Under the pieces are notes generated by a model that saw only the letters and a list, made by a program, of their open reading frames with translations, had not been told where the DNA came from and searched no databases. Below, in pieces: positions 41,259 to 55,399 of a stretch of 64,000 bases of DNA. Positions within the stretch are counted from its first letter, which is position 1. Each line of letters begins with the position of its first letter. Both the position numbers and the translations under genes were made by a program. Origin of the DNA: Octopus vulgaris. Taxonomy: Eukaryota. The stretch is taken from NCBI GenBank assembly GCA_951406725.2, contig OX597820.1, forward strand, positions 53,444,001 through 53,508,000, written 5' to 3'.

Positions 41259-43042
41259 TCTCTCTTTCTTTCCCCACTATTATACAAACCCAGGCAAATT
41301 GTGGAACCTATTGATTTTTGCCGATGAGGACCACTGCTAGTTTCCTCGGATTCTGGTAATTTTAATAAATACACTGAGAAAAGTATACGTATGTAAATAG
41401 AAAGATATCTAGGTAAATAGGTACGTAGGTAAGTAGTTAAACAGGCATGCAGACAAGTAGGTAAAATAGGGAGGTAGGTTAGTTGGTAGGAAGATACGCA
41501 AGAAGGTAGTATTTACAGCATGATAGAAATTTACACCTCTTTATTTCCCCTTTGTCTAACATTATCGTGGAGCCATAAAACCTCTATGAGCTTGGATTGG
41601 TGTGGATCAGACTCAGCTGGACACCTTCTGAATTGGTCTGGCATGACCTGGACAAGGGAGAAATATTATAAGCGAAATAATATTCTCTGTGAAAGTCAAA
41701 TCTATACAATGCTTATTTTACAACACACCAACATCGATTTCTACACACTCGAAAAAGCATCGGTTTTGGCTATCATATCGACATTACACAAGTGGTCGTT
41801 TTTACGAGCAGACAACCAATCAGCTAATCAGTAGCAAAGCACGGTGGTCAGCCTCCCAGCCTTAACTTCCCATCTCCTTTTTTCAGTCAACAAAACTTCT
41901 TCCACAGCCAACCCAATATCTATTCTTTAATACATCGTCTCCGATGCGATGAAGCACTTCCGGTGACTCTGTCGCGTTCGAGCTGTCCACTGACAAATGT
42001 GAATAGCAATTCTATTATTACCGTTTTTTAGCTTTCAACATTTTTTTTTTCTTTTTTTACGGCCTGTCCGGTTTATTGTTCCTACGAGAAAGAGAGCTGT
42101 GTAAATGTACACATTTCCGTTGGATGTTTGCTATAATAGTGAACTGAGCCTGAGGGTGGGTGCTGTTTAGATACCACTTGAAACGTATTTCGTACAGGAT
42201 TTAGAAGCCACCTCAAATCATGTTTCTATGAAGTAAAACGAACAATTAACTGAGAGTGTTGGCGAAAATAAGAAAAGTAAAAGAAAAGAGGTTGTAAGGA
42301 CATTAAAGATATTCCAAGTAGCTTTGTTGAGCGGTCAAATAAAGTTACTACCTCCTCCGCCATTCATTCTTGTTTTCCAATACAAAGTCTTTCCATGCCC
42401 TCTCCACCATCTCCCTTCTTTTTCTCTTCATCTCCTTATCACTTATATCCCGGCCTCAGTTGTCCGTTTATTTGAGCAAAGTGTTAAACCCATAAACAGT
42501 AATTTGCAAAAGAATTCCTTCTCTTGCTTTTCCTTATACTTCCTGCATAGGTACAGACTCTTGTTTGCACATACGCGTCAGCGCACACAGATATTGTGTG
42601 TATGTTTACATAAACATATATGTAAATGTATAGATTCACAAGTATATACACACAAACTCGTTTCTACATATATTCATTTATGTACATATGTATGTATATG
42701 CGTTTGTATTTGTGCTGTATATGTATATAGGTTTAGAACATATATATATTCAAATGTTCTTATTCATATTCATGCATACATATATGCTTGCATATATACT
42801 ATAAGTATGTTCGTGTGCGTGTGTTTTTGTATCTGATTTTGTTTATAACTGTCAAAAGTAGAAATAAAAAGAGATCTTAGGAATATATAACTTAAATGGT
42901 TTTGTCTCTGTTTCGTAACGTATATCTATTGTTTATGCAATTGTCGTAGTCGGCGGTAAAACCAAGATCAGCCATAAACATGGTTGCAATCAAAAATGTT
43001 CCCACCGATGGTCTCCCGTTAATATGTGTGTGTGTGGCTGTT

Positions 43043-43260
43043 AAGGCGGCGAGCTAGTTCACTCGTTAGCACGCCGGGCAAAATGCTTAACGGCATTTCG
43101 TCTGTCTTTATGTTCTAAGTTCAAATTCTGTCGAGGTCGAATTTGGCTTTTCTTTTTTTCTGGGTCGAAAATTATGTACCAGTTATGCACTGGGGTCGAT
43201 GTAATTGACTTATACCCTCCCCCCAAATGCTGGCCTTGTACCAAAATTTGAAATCAATAT
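43043..43260 (+). mobile_element. SINE family D monomer
   Basis: aaggcggcgagct head; agttcaaattctgtcgaggtcga; ctggggtcgatgtaattgact. Confidence 0.85.
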
Positions 43261-43429
43261 GTTTATAACTGTACACATGTGTGTGTTTATATACACAGAG
43301 AGAGAGAGTGGGGAATAGACACATATATATAAAGTGAGAGAAAGTGAAAGAGAGACAAAGAGAAGGAGAGAAAGAGAGTGAGAAATTAGATTGGTTACAG
43401 TAAAATATGTCCTCATCTATGTCTAAATT

Positions 43430-44110
43430 AATTGCACTGTCTCAAAGCAATGCAAGTCAAGCTTTATGGTATCGTAGCCATTCAAAGAGGGAGTTGTTGT
43501 TGACTGTGATGTATCTAGGTATAAGTGCTTCCTTTGGAATGGCCTGTAGAAGTTAATCCATTTCTCGTTTGAAAGTGATCAAAGTTTTTTCTTCCTTGAT
43601 TTGTTTGGGATAATATTAAATAGATTAGTGCCTGTTGAGGCAAATTAACTTCCTTGCAGTGATGTCATGTGTTGTGAGCCTGATTTGTGTAGAGTACACA
43701 TGATATAGGGTCCTAACTTTCGAAGAATAGTAAACTAGATGCTAAGGTCTTTTACACAGTGCTCGTAGTATAGAAACTCCATATTTTGTAAATGATGTAA
43801 CGCTTACCAAAGCGTAATCGCAATGACTTAAGACGATTGTCATATCATTTTTTTGATTTTGTAATTTCTCTCTAGGGTGCCCAATTCTCATGATGCTTTG
43901 TTCGGTGTGAGAAGACCACAAGGATTAACAGTATTCTAAGTGTGACAGTACACAGGAGGGGGACAGGGAATGTTTGCATCAAGCTCCCTGGATTGAGGAT
44001 CCAGGATCTTATCTTGCCGACCATATCAAGTTTATTGATATGTGCGCTCCAGCTGAAGCTACACCATCAATTACTCTTATTTCTCTGATATTGTTGTATG
44101 CCGTATGTGG
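43430..44110 (-). mobile_element. Decayed CR1-like LINE 3' part
   Basis: Minus strand LEYC*SLWSSH..., PKQIKEEK..FKREMD*LLQAIP..NNNSL. Confidence 0.6.
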
Positions 44111-44399
44111 CTTAATATTTCATTATGTTCTATTATAATACATTATATAATATCTTTAAACATAGATATATTTTTAGCGTCATCGGCAATATATTCCGTG
44201 GTTAAGCCTCAACGATTACAGAAATCTAAGGGGGGGGGAGAAATTATACTCATTAGTATAGAACTAGTATAGATACATATGAACATACAAGAATATATAC
44301 ATAATGCCACACCTTACTTAAATTTTACACACAATCAATTTCTCTATGATCATTGTATGGCCAACAATACAGTGACTAATGAATTGTACTGTTAGAAGA

Positions 44400-45490
44400 G
44401 AATGTGAGGGTATGTTGAACAACTTTTGAACGATTAAGCCATGTGACTGCAGTAAAATGTTGAAACCATTTGATATTGCATCTTGATTACAGAAAAGACA
44501 AGGAAAATTTTATTTTTCATTGCTGACTGTTGAATTCAATGCAGTTGGCAAATGTAACTACAGTCTTCACTACTATCTTTCAAAATCTCTCAAAAAGTGG
44601 GGCGATTGCCTCTGGTTTTATAAATATTTCAAAGGGAATATCACAAGGAGACAATCTACCTCTGATTCTGTTTATTTTAACGCTAAATTCACTATCATTA
44701 TTTCATGAAATTTCAGTGGTTATGTTCTGGGTTCTACAACAGTAAGAAATGCCTGTCTAATGCTGTGTTCTTTTGTGAACAACTTATGGGATTTATACAA
44801 GAAACAGTTACAATACTGTAAAGCAACTAGGTTTTAAGGATAATTTTCGCTAATGTATGAATGGATTTTAACCAGAAATAATTTCTGTATTTGACAGCTG
44901 AACATGGAAAAACTGGTTCTCACACCCAAAGCGCATCAGTGACCTCACTATGCCTGTTTCACACAATGAGTGCTATAATTACTTAAATACTGATGAAGAT
45001 ATACCATACAACGTTACTACGAATAGAGATAGAGTTAGCGAAAAATGCTATATCAGACTTGAAAAACAATGCCAGTCCAAGCTTCTTTCTTACAGCGCAA
45101 GAAACTCATAATGCATTTGTCGTCCATGCTTGATAGCAGTATTTCAGCAACTCGATTGGTCTCTACATGCAATCTCTTCCATATTACAAAATTCGGAAGA
45201 TGGTAGCATAAACTTCATATATTGACAAACTCTAGAAATTAAAGATCAATGCATACTCTGCATAAAACATGTGGCATCGCTTAGTATCAGCTTCAACGAC
45301 AACCAAGAAAATGTGCAACTATTTTATCGCGGCAATGATTTAAGATCCCTAGCAATATTATTGGAATACTAAGTTACGTGATTAAATGCCTCATTACCAA
45401 TCTTAAGAAAGTAGCTCTTTCAAAGCCTGAAAGAAAAACAAACTTCATTGAGACATTACTGCTTAAAGCTATTAAAGACACTGTCAAAAT
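44400..45490 (+). mobile_element. Decayed R4/Dong-like RT region
   Basis: ISKGISQGDNLPLILFILTLNSLS (GIxQGDxLSPLLF motif) and downstream YNYLNTDEDIPY (YKYLG-like). Confidence 0.65.
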
Positions 45491-45606
45491 ATCTAAACCA
45501 TTCGAGAAGTTAAGAAACTAATAATCTCCACATATACATTGATATCTATATTTACACATATGTATTCGAGTGCATATATATATAAGCATATATATATATG
45601 TATAAG

Positions 45607-45705
<99 letters not shown>

Positions 45706-45945
45706 AATATTATTCATATAAAATACCGTATACATTTAAAAACATTAACACGTTTCCATCATAGGAATCCTTTACGCTAGAAAGAACAGATAAAGTCCAA
45801 ACCACTAATTTCCGATGAATTCTCAAAGGGAATGAAAAATAAAAAACATTTACCATCTCTTTCCTGGACCATGGTTTCTGGCTTATTCTAATAAATAAAA
45901 TAATTTACCATGGCGAAATCATGTATATATAAGTATATATATATA

Positions 45946-46330
45946 TACTCTTTTTTTTTTACTCTTTTTTACTCCTTTTACTTGTTTCAGTCATTTGACT
46001 GCGGCCATGCTGGAGCACCGCCTTTAGTCGAGCAAATCGACCCCGGGACTTATTCTTTGTAAGCTCAGTACTTATTCTATCGGTCTCTTTTGCCGAACCG
46101 CTAAGTGACGGGGACGTAAACACACCAGCATCGGTTGTCAAGCAATGCTAGGGGAACAAACACAGACACACAAACATATTCACACACACTTATATATATA
46201 TATACATATATACGACAGGCTTCTTTCAGAAGTTGCTTTACAGTATTGTAACTCTTTCTTGTATAAATCCCATAAGTTGTTCACAACTGGTTGGTTAGCA
46301 AGCTACTTACCAAACAGCCACTCCTGCGCC

Positions 46331-46333
<3 letters not shown>
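45946..46333 (-). mobile_element. SINE family A with its middle replaced by a templated insertion
   Basis: Near-identical to 47494-47912 except at 46230-46287. Confidence 0.9.
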
Positions 46334-46382
<49 letters not shown>

Positions 46383-46408
46383 AAAACATACACACAAACA
46401 CACACACA

Positions 46409-46442
<34 letters not shown>

Positions 46443-46454
46443 TGATTGATTGAT

Positions 46455-46500
46455 TCTAGTTTCAGCTTATGAGCTGTGGCCATGCTGGGGCACCGCCATT
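46455..46500 (-). mobile_element. Isolated CR1-like 3' tail followed by (AATC)n
   Basis: Minus strand ggcggtgccccagcatggccac-agct-cata-agct-gaaactag-aatcaatc. Confidence 0.65.
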
Positions 46501-47004
46501 TATATATATATATATGCACATATGTATAAAATGTATATGCTATACATAAAGGTTTACAGACATGCGCACATGACGCATATCATCCAAATCCAGTAAAATA
46601 CCGAAACATTCTCCATTTGAGCTTCTTGAAATTAACATATTCACACACTTCGTCGTGTGCCTCTGCAAATGCATGTAAGTAAAAAGTAATGACACACGCA
46701 CGTGCATACACACTCGCGTGCCTAATTACTAAAGAGGAATACAGAACATTACTGCAGGTACAAATATCCACATATATTCTCACACTATCTACACATACAC
46801 TATTTTCACTAAAAATGTTTTTTCTTAGCGACCGGTTTGAATTCTAAACATAAATACATGCATAAATGCATACATACTTGCATACATACACATACATACA
46901 TACATACATACATACATACATACATACACACACACATACATACATACATACATACATACATACATACATACATACATACATACATACATACATACATACA
47001 TACA

Positions 47005-47180
47005 TCTTTATACCTGTAATTATTGGAGCACAGAAATATGTAACACACTGCCCAAGTACCACTCTTGAGAAATTAAGCTTCTCAAAACCAGAAAGGAGAA
47101 AGCTGATTCGAAGATTATAGATCGAAGCTATCACTGGAACTTTAAAGATCTCTAAAACTTATCGGAATTTTATAATTTAA
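47005..47180 (+). mobile_element. R4/Dong-like LINE C-terminal fragment directly after (TACA)n
   Basis: FIPVIIGAQKYVTHC..LEKLSFSK..KLIRRL*..ITGTLKISK, similar to 21710-21880. Confidence 0.7.
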
Positions 47181-47185
47181 ATATT

Positions 47186-47418
47186 CAGGGTTGGCCAAAA
47201 GTCAGCTGACAGTAAATCACAACCATTCGATTCCAAGATTTATTTAAGTTTAACAACTAAATGAATTTAATGAAAGTATCTAAATATGAAACATCATGAA
47301 AATTGTTCAAACTGAAGTCCTTCTTGAGCGACACATTTTTCCATTCGAGTCAATATAGAATTACAGATAGTATTTATGGAATTTTTATTTACTGTCGGGT
47401 GACTTTCGGCCGACCCTG
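47186..47418. mobile_element. Tc1/mariner-type MITE
   Basis: 32-bp TIRs cagggttggccaaaagtcagctgacagtaaat / atttactgtcgggtgactttcggccgaccctg-TA. Confidence 0.8.
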
Positions 47419-47493
47419 TATATATGCGCATGTCTAGATATGCAACTATATGCATGTGAATACGTGGATAAGATGAAATCTAGAAATCTGCAC

Positions 47494-47912
47494 ACTCTTT
47501 ACTCTTTTACTTGTTTCAGTCATTTGACTGCAGCCATGCTGGAGCACCGCTTTTAGTCGAGCAAATCGACCCCAGGACTTATTCTTTGTAAGCCCAGTAC
47601 TTATTCTATCGGGCTCTTTTGCCGAACTGCTAAGTGACGGGGACGTAAACACACCAGCATCGGTTGTCAAGCAATGCTAGGGGGACAAGCACAGACACAC
47701 ATACACACACGTACATATATATATATATATATATACATACATATATACGACAGGCTTCTTTCAGTTCCCGTCTACCAAATCCACTCACAAGGCATTGGTC
47801 GGCCCGAGGCTATAGCAGAAGACACTTGCCCAAGATGCCACGCAGTGGGACTGAACCCGGAACCATGTGGTTGGTTAGCAAGCTACTTACCACACAGCCA
47901 CTCCTGCGCCTA
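47494..47912 (-). mobile_element. SINE family A, full length, young
   Basis: Complete head, internal microsatellite and tail; high identity to the copies at 36384 and 45946. Confidence 0.93.
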
Positions 47913-48692
47913 TATATATGCAAAAATATCCTGCTGATGTTGAAAATTCAAACCAGCATTTTCTCTATTGGCAATAGTCTTAAAATAAAATTCAGCATTG
48001 ATATACATACATAAACATGACTATGTTGATGAGAGTGTCTAAATTCCAAAGAATGAGCTTTGCTTCTAGGAAAATATTTGTCTCTTTCTACATTATTGAG
48101 GAATTCGAAAAAGAAAACCAGGAAGATATACATATATACATATGTACATACATACATACATACATACATACATACATACATACATACATACATACATGCA
48201 TACATACATACAAAGATACATACATACACGATGTATGTTCTATCATCTATAAAGGAACACAACATTGAAAAGAGTACAAAGAAATTCAGTGATACCCAGT
48301 CATAATTTTGGACACAATAAAGCTTTTAAAACACATGATAGACCTTCTCTATAAATACATACACGCATTTATACACATATACATATAAATTATAGCATAT
48401 ATAAAAGCCTCCATACCTCTATATAAACATAAATATCTTGATGCATACATATTCACCTGTCTCCAATATACATTTCTACAACAGGTTGTTTATATTATGC
48501 ACTATATTTACTGGGCAACAATTGTACATTGATATACGTACATATGTCCACTTAGGCATTCATTTATTCAAGTCAGTAGCTCAATCAATCATTACAAGTG
48601 GCATGATTATCCTTAATATTGAAGACTATACATTTACAAATGCACACATATGAAAACACATTCAGAAACATGTATGTGTGTATCTATGTGTG

Positions 48693-48751
<59 letters not shown>

Positions 48752-48752
48752 A

Positions 48753-48818
<66 letters not shown>

Positions 48819-49351
48819 TATATATATATATATACATGTATATATGTATGTATTTATATATATCTGTATATATGTATGTATATATGCATGTATATATATA
48901 TATGTGTGTGTGTGTGTTGTCTTATATTCTCAGCACACATAAACATGAAGACAATGGTTGAAACTACTAAAAGAAATATGGATGAGTGCATGTATAGATA
49001 TGCGTGTATATGTGTATGCATGATTTCATATTTGCGTATGCATACACACGCATGCACACACATATACAGAGACAGAAATGTTTATGCTTGTGTGTATATA
49101 TATGTATATATATTTATATATATATTTATATAGATATATATATATATATATGTAAATACATGCGGATCGATATGTAATAGATAAAAGAAAGCTTGTAACA
49201 TTACATGTGTGCAGAAACGTACACACACACAGACACAGAGACAAACACATACACACGCAGGTAAGCAACACATACACGCAGGTAAGCAACTAGTCAGAGA
49301 ATCAGATTGTTGGACAGACAGACATATTGAGAGACAGACGAAGAGACAGAT

Positions 49352-49442
<91 letters not shown>

Positions 49443-49499
49443 TTTCGTGCATTATCACTGCTACCATGAGAAAAATTTCACCTCCATATTTATAGTACT

Positions 49500-50125
49500 A
49501 CGACTATATCATTGTTTTGGTCGTAACTACATTATCACCTCCACTACAACTACGATACCAGCACAACAGTCCATACTATCACCGGCATTATATTAATTAT
49601 CGCCAAAACCGACACCACCATACCTGCGACCATTATTTCGACCATGATGAGAACCTTCATCAAAACCTGCAATACCATCAACAGAATCATAACCATCACG
49701 ACTATCAAACCACGACCACTACCTCCACCATAATCACAACCAACACTATTATGACCAGCATCATAAACATCACCTCCAGCACCACAACCACCACCATCTA
49801 ACTATGATCACTGCTGCCTCAACCATAGCCAAAAGCACCGTCACAACCACCACATCCATCACCACCGTCATAACGATTTCCATCAACAAAAAAAAACCGG
49901 CCTCTGCTTCCATAACCAAAAATTTTCCATTGAAGCCTCTACCAAAACCACGACCTCCAACATAACCAGCACTGCTACCAACATCACCAACACCTACACC
50001 ACCACCACTACTAACTTCACTACCACTTTCATCACCATTACCAACACCAACACCATTGCCACCAACACCAATACCACCACCACCAACACCACCACTACCG
50101 CCACTGCCACTGCTAAAACTGCATG
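49500..50125. repeat. Degenerate (ACC/ACT/ATC)n low-complexity tract
   Basis: Direct reading; frames interrupted by stops. Confidence 0.75.
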
Positions 50126-50610
50126 CTAAACTAATTAGAATATCTGTAAACTGTCGGTGAGAAACTATCGATTACCTGTGGTTGTGATTTACTTTGAATT
50201 CTGTAGAAATGTGTGACTCACCTTTTCCACTGGCGTAATACATCCATACATAGCTATACATATAAGCATCAGAGCACATATACACACCCCTACATGCAAC
50301 TAACTACACTCACACAATTCTTATATACAGCTAAGCATATCACAACACATATACATACATAACTACAACAATATGCAGAGACATATACAATCACACACAC
50401 ACACACATACACACGCATACAATGCTATACAGACACATATATATATATGGAGAAAGTTACAAACACCGCTACACACACAGTTGCACATATACATTTATAC
50501 ACATTTATCTACACGCATACAGGCACATAGGCGCATTATGATATATACAGAAATTCACCCGTACAGAAACACACACGAAGACAATGCTATACACAACTGC
50601 ATGGAAATAG

Positions 50611-50656
<46 letters not shown>

Positions 50657-50749
50657 CTATTTTGGTAGAAGCTTCAATGGAAATTTTTGGGTTATGGAAG
50701 CAGAGGCCGGTTTATATATATATATATAAGCAATAATAAATCTCTGAGC

Positions 50750-50823
<74 letters not shown>

Positions 50824-51733
50824 AGCTATATGCACGTACAGTTACTTATACAAGCTACATACACATACATAGTTTCAAAAGCACAAATACACACTCAATC
50901 ACGTGTACACATAGATACGTAGTCTACCCAAACCTATACATAGATATACACATACCTTCACTAACCCGGATACACATACAAACACACACAACTAAACTTT
51001 CCCTAGCGCTACACGCAACTACAGAAGCAACAGAGAAATATATATGTGCATACCTGCAGATACGCATAGAAACACATACACAGCTTACATGGAAATACAT
51101 ATAGCTACTAGTCAACTACATTCAGACATACAAGTATACACACTCCAGCACGCATGCACACACATGTGTGTATTTATATACACTCCTAAAAATAGGAGTC
51201 GAACGCTCCACAACTCCTAAATTTTACTTCGAATTGGAAGGACATACTTCATAGTGTAGTCCTAAATGCACGATGCTTGGAAGAAAGGAAAAGAGAAAGT
51301 TGGGATAGTCACGGTCGAGAAGCCTTTGATCACATGCGGAACTTTGGCTAAACGAAACTATATACATACACTGATACCTTTGCACGCCGGGAAGTTTATG
51401 TATGCGACTGTGTGCACGGTTGTATGTGTTTTTATGCATGTATTGCTCTGTATGCACTTGTCTATGCGACCATGATTTATGTATGGTAAAAATGCTAATA
51501 TCAGGAAATAACATTTATAGTGTTTGTGAGAATATTATATTCAGAAATATGCAAGCATTTAAATCTGTGTAACTAACGGAATCTGTATATATGCCCGCAT
51601 AAACACAAACACACATAAACATATGAAATTGTACATATGGTATGAGTGTGTTTGCTTGTGTGTGTGTGTGAGTCTGTGTGTGTGTGAGTCTGTATGTGTA
51701 CGAGTCTCTGTGTGTGTATAAATATTCATGCAT

Positions 51734-51800
<67 letters not shown>

Positions 51801-52732
51801 CATACTCTTATAGGCACATATACAAGCATATGTGTATGTTTGTTTGTACGTGTGTGTGTTCGTGTGTGTGTGTGTGTGTGTGTGTGTAAATATTTATATG
51901 TATCTATCTACGCTGTTGGCTGCAAATACCGGATACCGTACACTTGATGGGCAGACCCTCCTTCCATTTCAAAAAGGGGAAAAAAAAAAGTCCTGAAAAA
52001 CTGGAGTAGAATAATTAACATGTGCAGAGGAGAGCATCAAGTGTTAGAACATATTTCTACAAAACTACAGTTTCTAGAGATGTTTATCTTTCCGTTAGTC
52101 AGGGACTTTTGAGGAAATAGACTCCAGATTGTTCATTAGAAAAAGATTTACAGCGTGATGAGACATCATTGAACATCAGAAAGATTAACCAATGTGTGCA
52201 GTTCGTGTGACTTCCTGTAATAAATCTATAGCAGTCATACATACATATATGCACACACACACACACACACATACACACACATATATATTCACTCATTCAT
52301 AAGTATACAAATAATACAAATATGTATACACATGTACATATGTACAAACACATTGACGCTCACACATACATTCATACATATATATATATATAACTTGCAT
52401 ATATATATATATATATGTCCATATGGATATGTATATGTATTTATAATGTTTCGGGTGTGTAGCAGCTAGTGGGAGTATGCAAATTGCTATGACTTATAAG
52501 AAAGAAAGAACTACGCGATACCGACAGCCGACACTTCACATTTCCGTATGCGATGTTTTATGTCACCAATCTACAGACAAAATATGCAGAGTGTTTTTTT
52601 CTATAAATCAGAGGCGTGTATCTTTCATATACTCAACATGAAGCAACGGCTTTAGCAGACATAATATAACACACACACGCACGCACAAGCACACACACAT
52701 ACAGAGAAACACATACATATTTACGTATATGT

Positions 52733-53255
52733 ATAGGATTTGGGGGCTAAATTTATCAGTTTGCATAAACGGAAATTTATACTGAATATCACATCCAATG
52801 TAATAAGTATTTTTAAAATATCAGCTAGATATGGCCGGGAGATAGTTTACTCCAAATAGCCATCCTCGGCGTCCAATAGCCTCGAGACGTCTCCACAACA
52901 AGATATATGCCTTTCTTACTATATCCTCCGGTAGATTTCGAACACTTCGTTGATCTTGGCCGCCAGGCTGGCCTTTGTGTAAAAGACAGAGTGCTTTGTA
53001 TCATTCTCAACCCAGCCATTCACGTAAGGATTACAACTGGCGGAATTAGGAGGCCAAAAATAAAGGCTGGTGAAGTCGAAGAAATTCTCTGACAACTTAT
53101 AAGTTTTTCCAGAAGTATGGCAAGGTTCTGAAACATTCTGCCGCACATATGACCATCTACTACCGACTCTCTCCAGCCAGGGACGCACCACAATCACCAG
53201 TAGACTCACATAGTCATCTGAATTGAGCCTTAGACCCTGTTCAATAATGTACGGA
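52733..53255 (-). mobile_element. Tc1/mariner transposase relic, DD37D (maT)-like
   Basis: VRPWLERV..YVRQNVSEPCHTSGKT..LSENFFDF..FWPPNSASCNPY..GWVENDT resembles QQDxAPxHT..WPPNSPDxNPLD. Confidence 0.7.
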
Positions 53256-53269
53256 CAAATTTGTTCCTA

Positions 53270-53559
53270 CTCGAGCCATGCCAAGCTCATAAAGGCCGGT
53301 TTCCCGGTTTCCTTGACGTATAGGTTCCCCACCTGGACGGGACGCCGGTACGTCGCAAGTGAGCTGCAAGATGCAGGAGAAAAGAGTGAGAGTAAGTTGT
53401 GGAGAAAGAGTCAGCAGAAGTCCGCCATTACCTTCTGCCGGAGCCGCCAGGAGCTTAGGTGTTTCGCTCATAAACACACATATCGCCGGTCTGAGATTCG
53501 ATCCCGCGATCCCTCGACCGGGAGTCCGCTGCTCTAACCACTAGGCCATGTGCCTCCAC
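53270..53559 (-). mobile_element. SINE family B
   Basis: Head gtggaggcacatggcctagtggttagagcagcggactc...gggatcgaatctc; homologous to 19930-20241. Confidence 0.88.
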
Positions 53560-54258
53560 TAGGAACAAATTCCGCCTTGTGGACGTAGTTAGAAAACTTG
53601 AATACAGATTGTTCGAGCTAAATTTGACAATTTTTATGTCTCCTTTTTATAGGAACAGATTCATGTATTGGTGAACTTTCAAAAGGGCTGGAGAACAAAA
53701 CGATTGAAACTAAAGCTGATAGGAAGTTAGCTGACATGGCGGAAAATAGTCACCCGTCTGCTCAACAAAACCATGACACGGACTTACTCAAGGTTATTGT
53801 TGACTCCGAGTATCTGGATATTTCTTGATGTGTAATACATATACAACAACATGTTTTGAAGGTTTCAGTATTTTCGCTGACGGTCCGCACCGGCAAAATG
53901 CTATAGATAATTTCGGTTGTTTATTAACTTTAATCTCACAGCAATCTCTGATTGTTGCTCGCCTTTGTGACAAATTGAAAACGGAGCGACTATCGTGAAG
54001 ATTCTATCAAAGTTAGTTGAATTCGCGTGTCGTAATCGAAACGTGCGCTAATGTGATTCAAAGAAGGGCCGCGGATTGTGATGCGCTCAGGAGAAATTTT
54101 TTTTGTAACAGGGAAAATAATTGTAGGCATATTGATACAATTAATGATCGCCTTTGCATATGCACACATACAATCGCTCGTGTACACATACACACACGTT
54201 TGTGCATGTATATATATATGTAGTAATGCCTATACACCACTAATAATTATATTCGTAG

Positions 54259-54487
54259 TTAACTCTTTCGATACCAACACGGCTGGAACCGCCTTTGGCT
54301 CTGTAGTATAAACGTCTTGTTTTCATAAGTTCTGAATGAAAATCTTCCTCCAAACCTTAGTCACAATTTATGTTCGTAACACGAGCTTAATGATAATTAA
54401 GTTATTTTACTAAATTCTTTGTTATATTTAAAATTAATTGAAAGAAACACGAACATCTCAAAATAAATATGGTAACAAAAGGGTTGA
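54259..54487. mobile_element. piggyBac-type MITE
   Basis: TTAA-ctctttcgatacca ... tggtaacaaaaggg-TTGA imperfect TIRs with TTAA-like flanks. Confidence 0.6.
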
Positions 54488-54494
54488 TGTGTCA

Positions 54495-54665
54495 AAATAT
54501 TTAGCGACATTTCGTCAGATCTACCTATTTCAAATTACATTAATGTCGATTTTGCCTTTCATTCTTCCGGTAGACAAAATAAGAATCAGTTGAAAACTGG
54601 GAGAATATAATCGACTTATCCCCCACAACAGAAATTGCTGGCCTTGTGACAAAATATGAAATCAA
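54495..54665 (+). mobile_element. SINE family D, old copy
   Basis: gtcgattttgcctttcattcttcc; taatcgacttatcccc..gaaattgctggccttgtg. Confidence 0.6.
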
Positions 54666-55399
54666 TAACTATATTTATTACCAAGGCGACGGCCTCGTAG
54701 AACTGTTAACAGCAGTTCTTTCGTCCAATGGGATCGATGTAATCGATTTTCCCACCTTCCCCGAAATTACTGTCCTTGTTATATTTGTTGCTATAAAGTT
54801 TAGATTTTTCTCACTGTATACACAATTCTTCCAGAATAACGCCGACCATCAACACTTAAATGGAGTTAAGAAAATCACATTTTCCTCCAAATTTTTGATA
54901 GTTGAATTATTATTCCAGGCCAGAATGGTTTGTGTAAAGCAGGATGAAAGGACTTCTGTTAAACAGTGATAACAATTAATATATGCATATTATTGATGAC
55001 TAGTTTATAGTGACAAGTGTGACTGTGTGAACGGTGGGTTGTATATACGTATATGTATGTGTATATACATATATTGATAGAAAAGGTATGACAACAAAAC
55101 AATGAAAGTGACCTCGATATTATGTAAATAGAGGAATTTATCTGTAAATATAATATGTAACAATTATTCGGTAGCCATGATAAAACTCCGAGTTTCTGAT
55201 GACGGAGCGGAAAATCACGCCACCATCTCTTCGAAAAAAATGCTATGAAAATGACCGTTAAACTAAGGTAAATTACTGTGTAAATGACCGTTATTAAGAA
55301 AAAAAGGCCATTAGAATGACCGCTAAGTGAGGGGAACGTGTAGAGTTAAGGGAGTAAAAGTTTTCATAGTATTCGCATAAGTGTGCATGTCCATACATA

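Noticed and set aside
41930-42000. Possible small minus-strand exon (ag..VDSSNATESPEVLHRIGDD..gt)
   Set aside because: Weak splice signals, no recognisable protein and no partner exons
49517-50125. Thr-rich mucin-like coding region
   Set aside because: Degenerate (ACC)n with stops and frame changes
55196-55235. Plus-strand CUGAUGA...GAAA as an intact hammerhead
   Set aside because: No valid stem III or UH cleavage site follows
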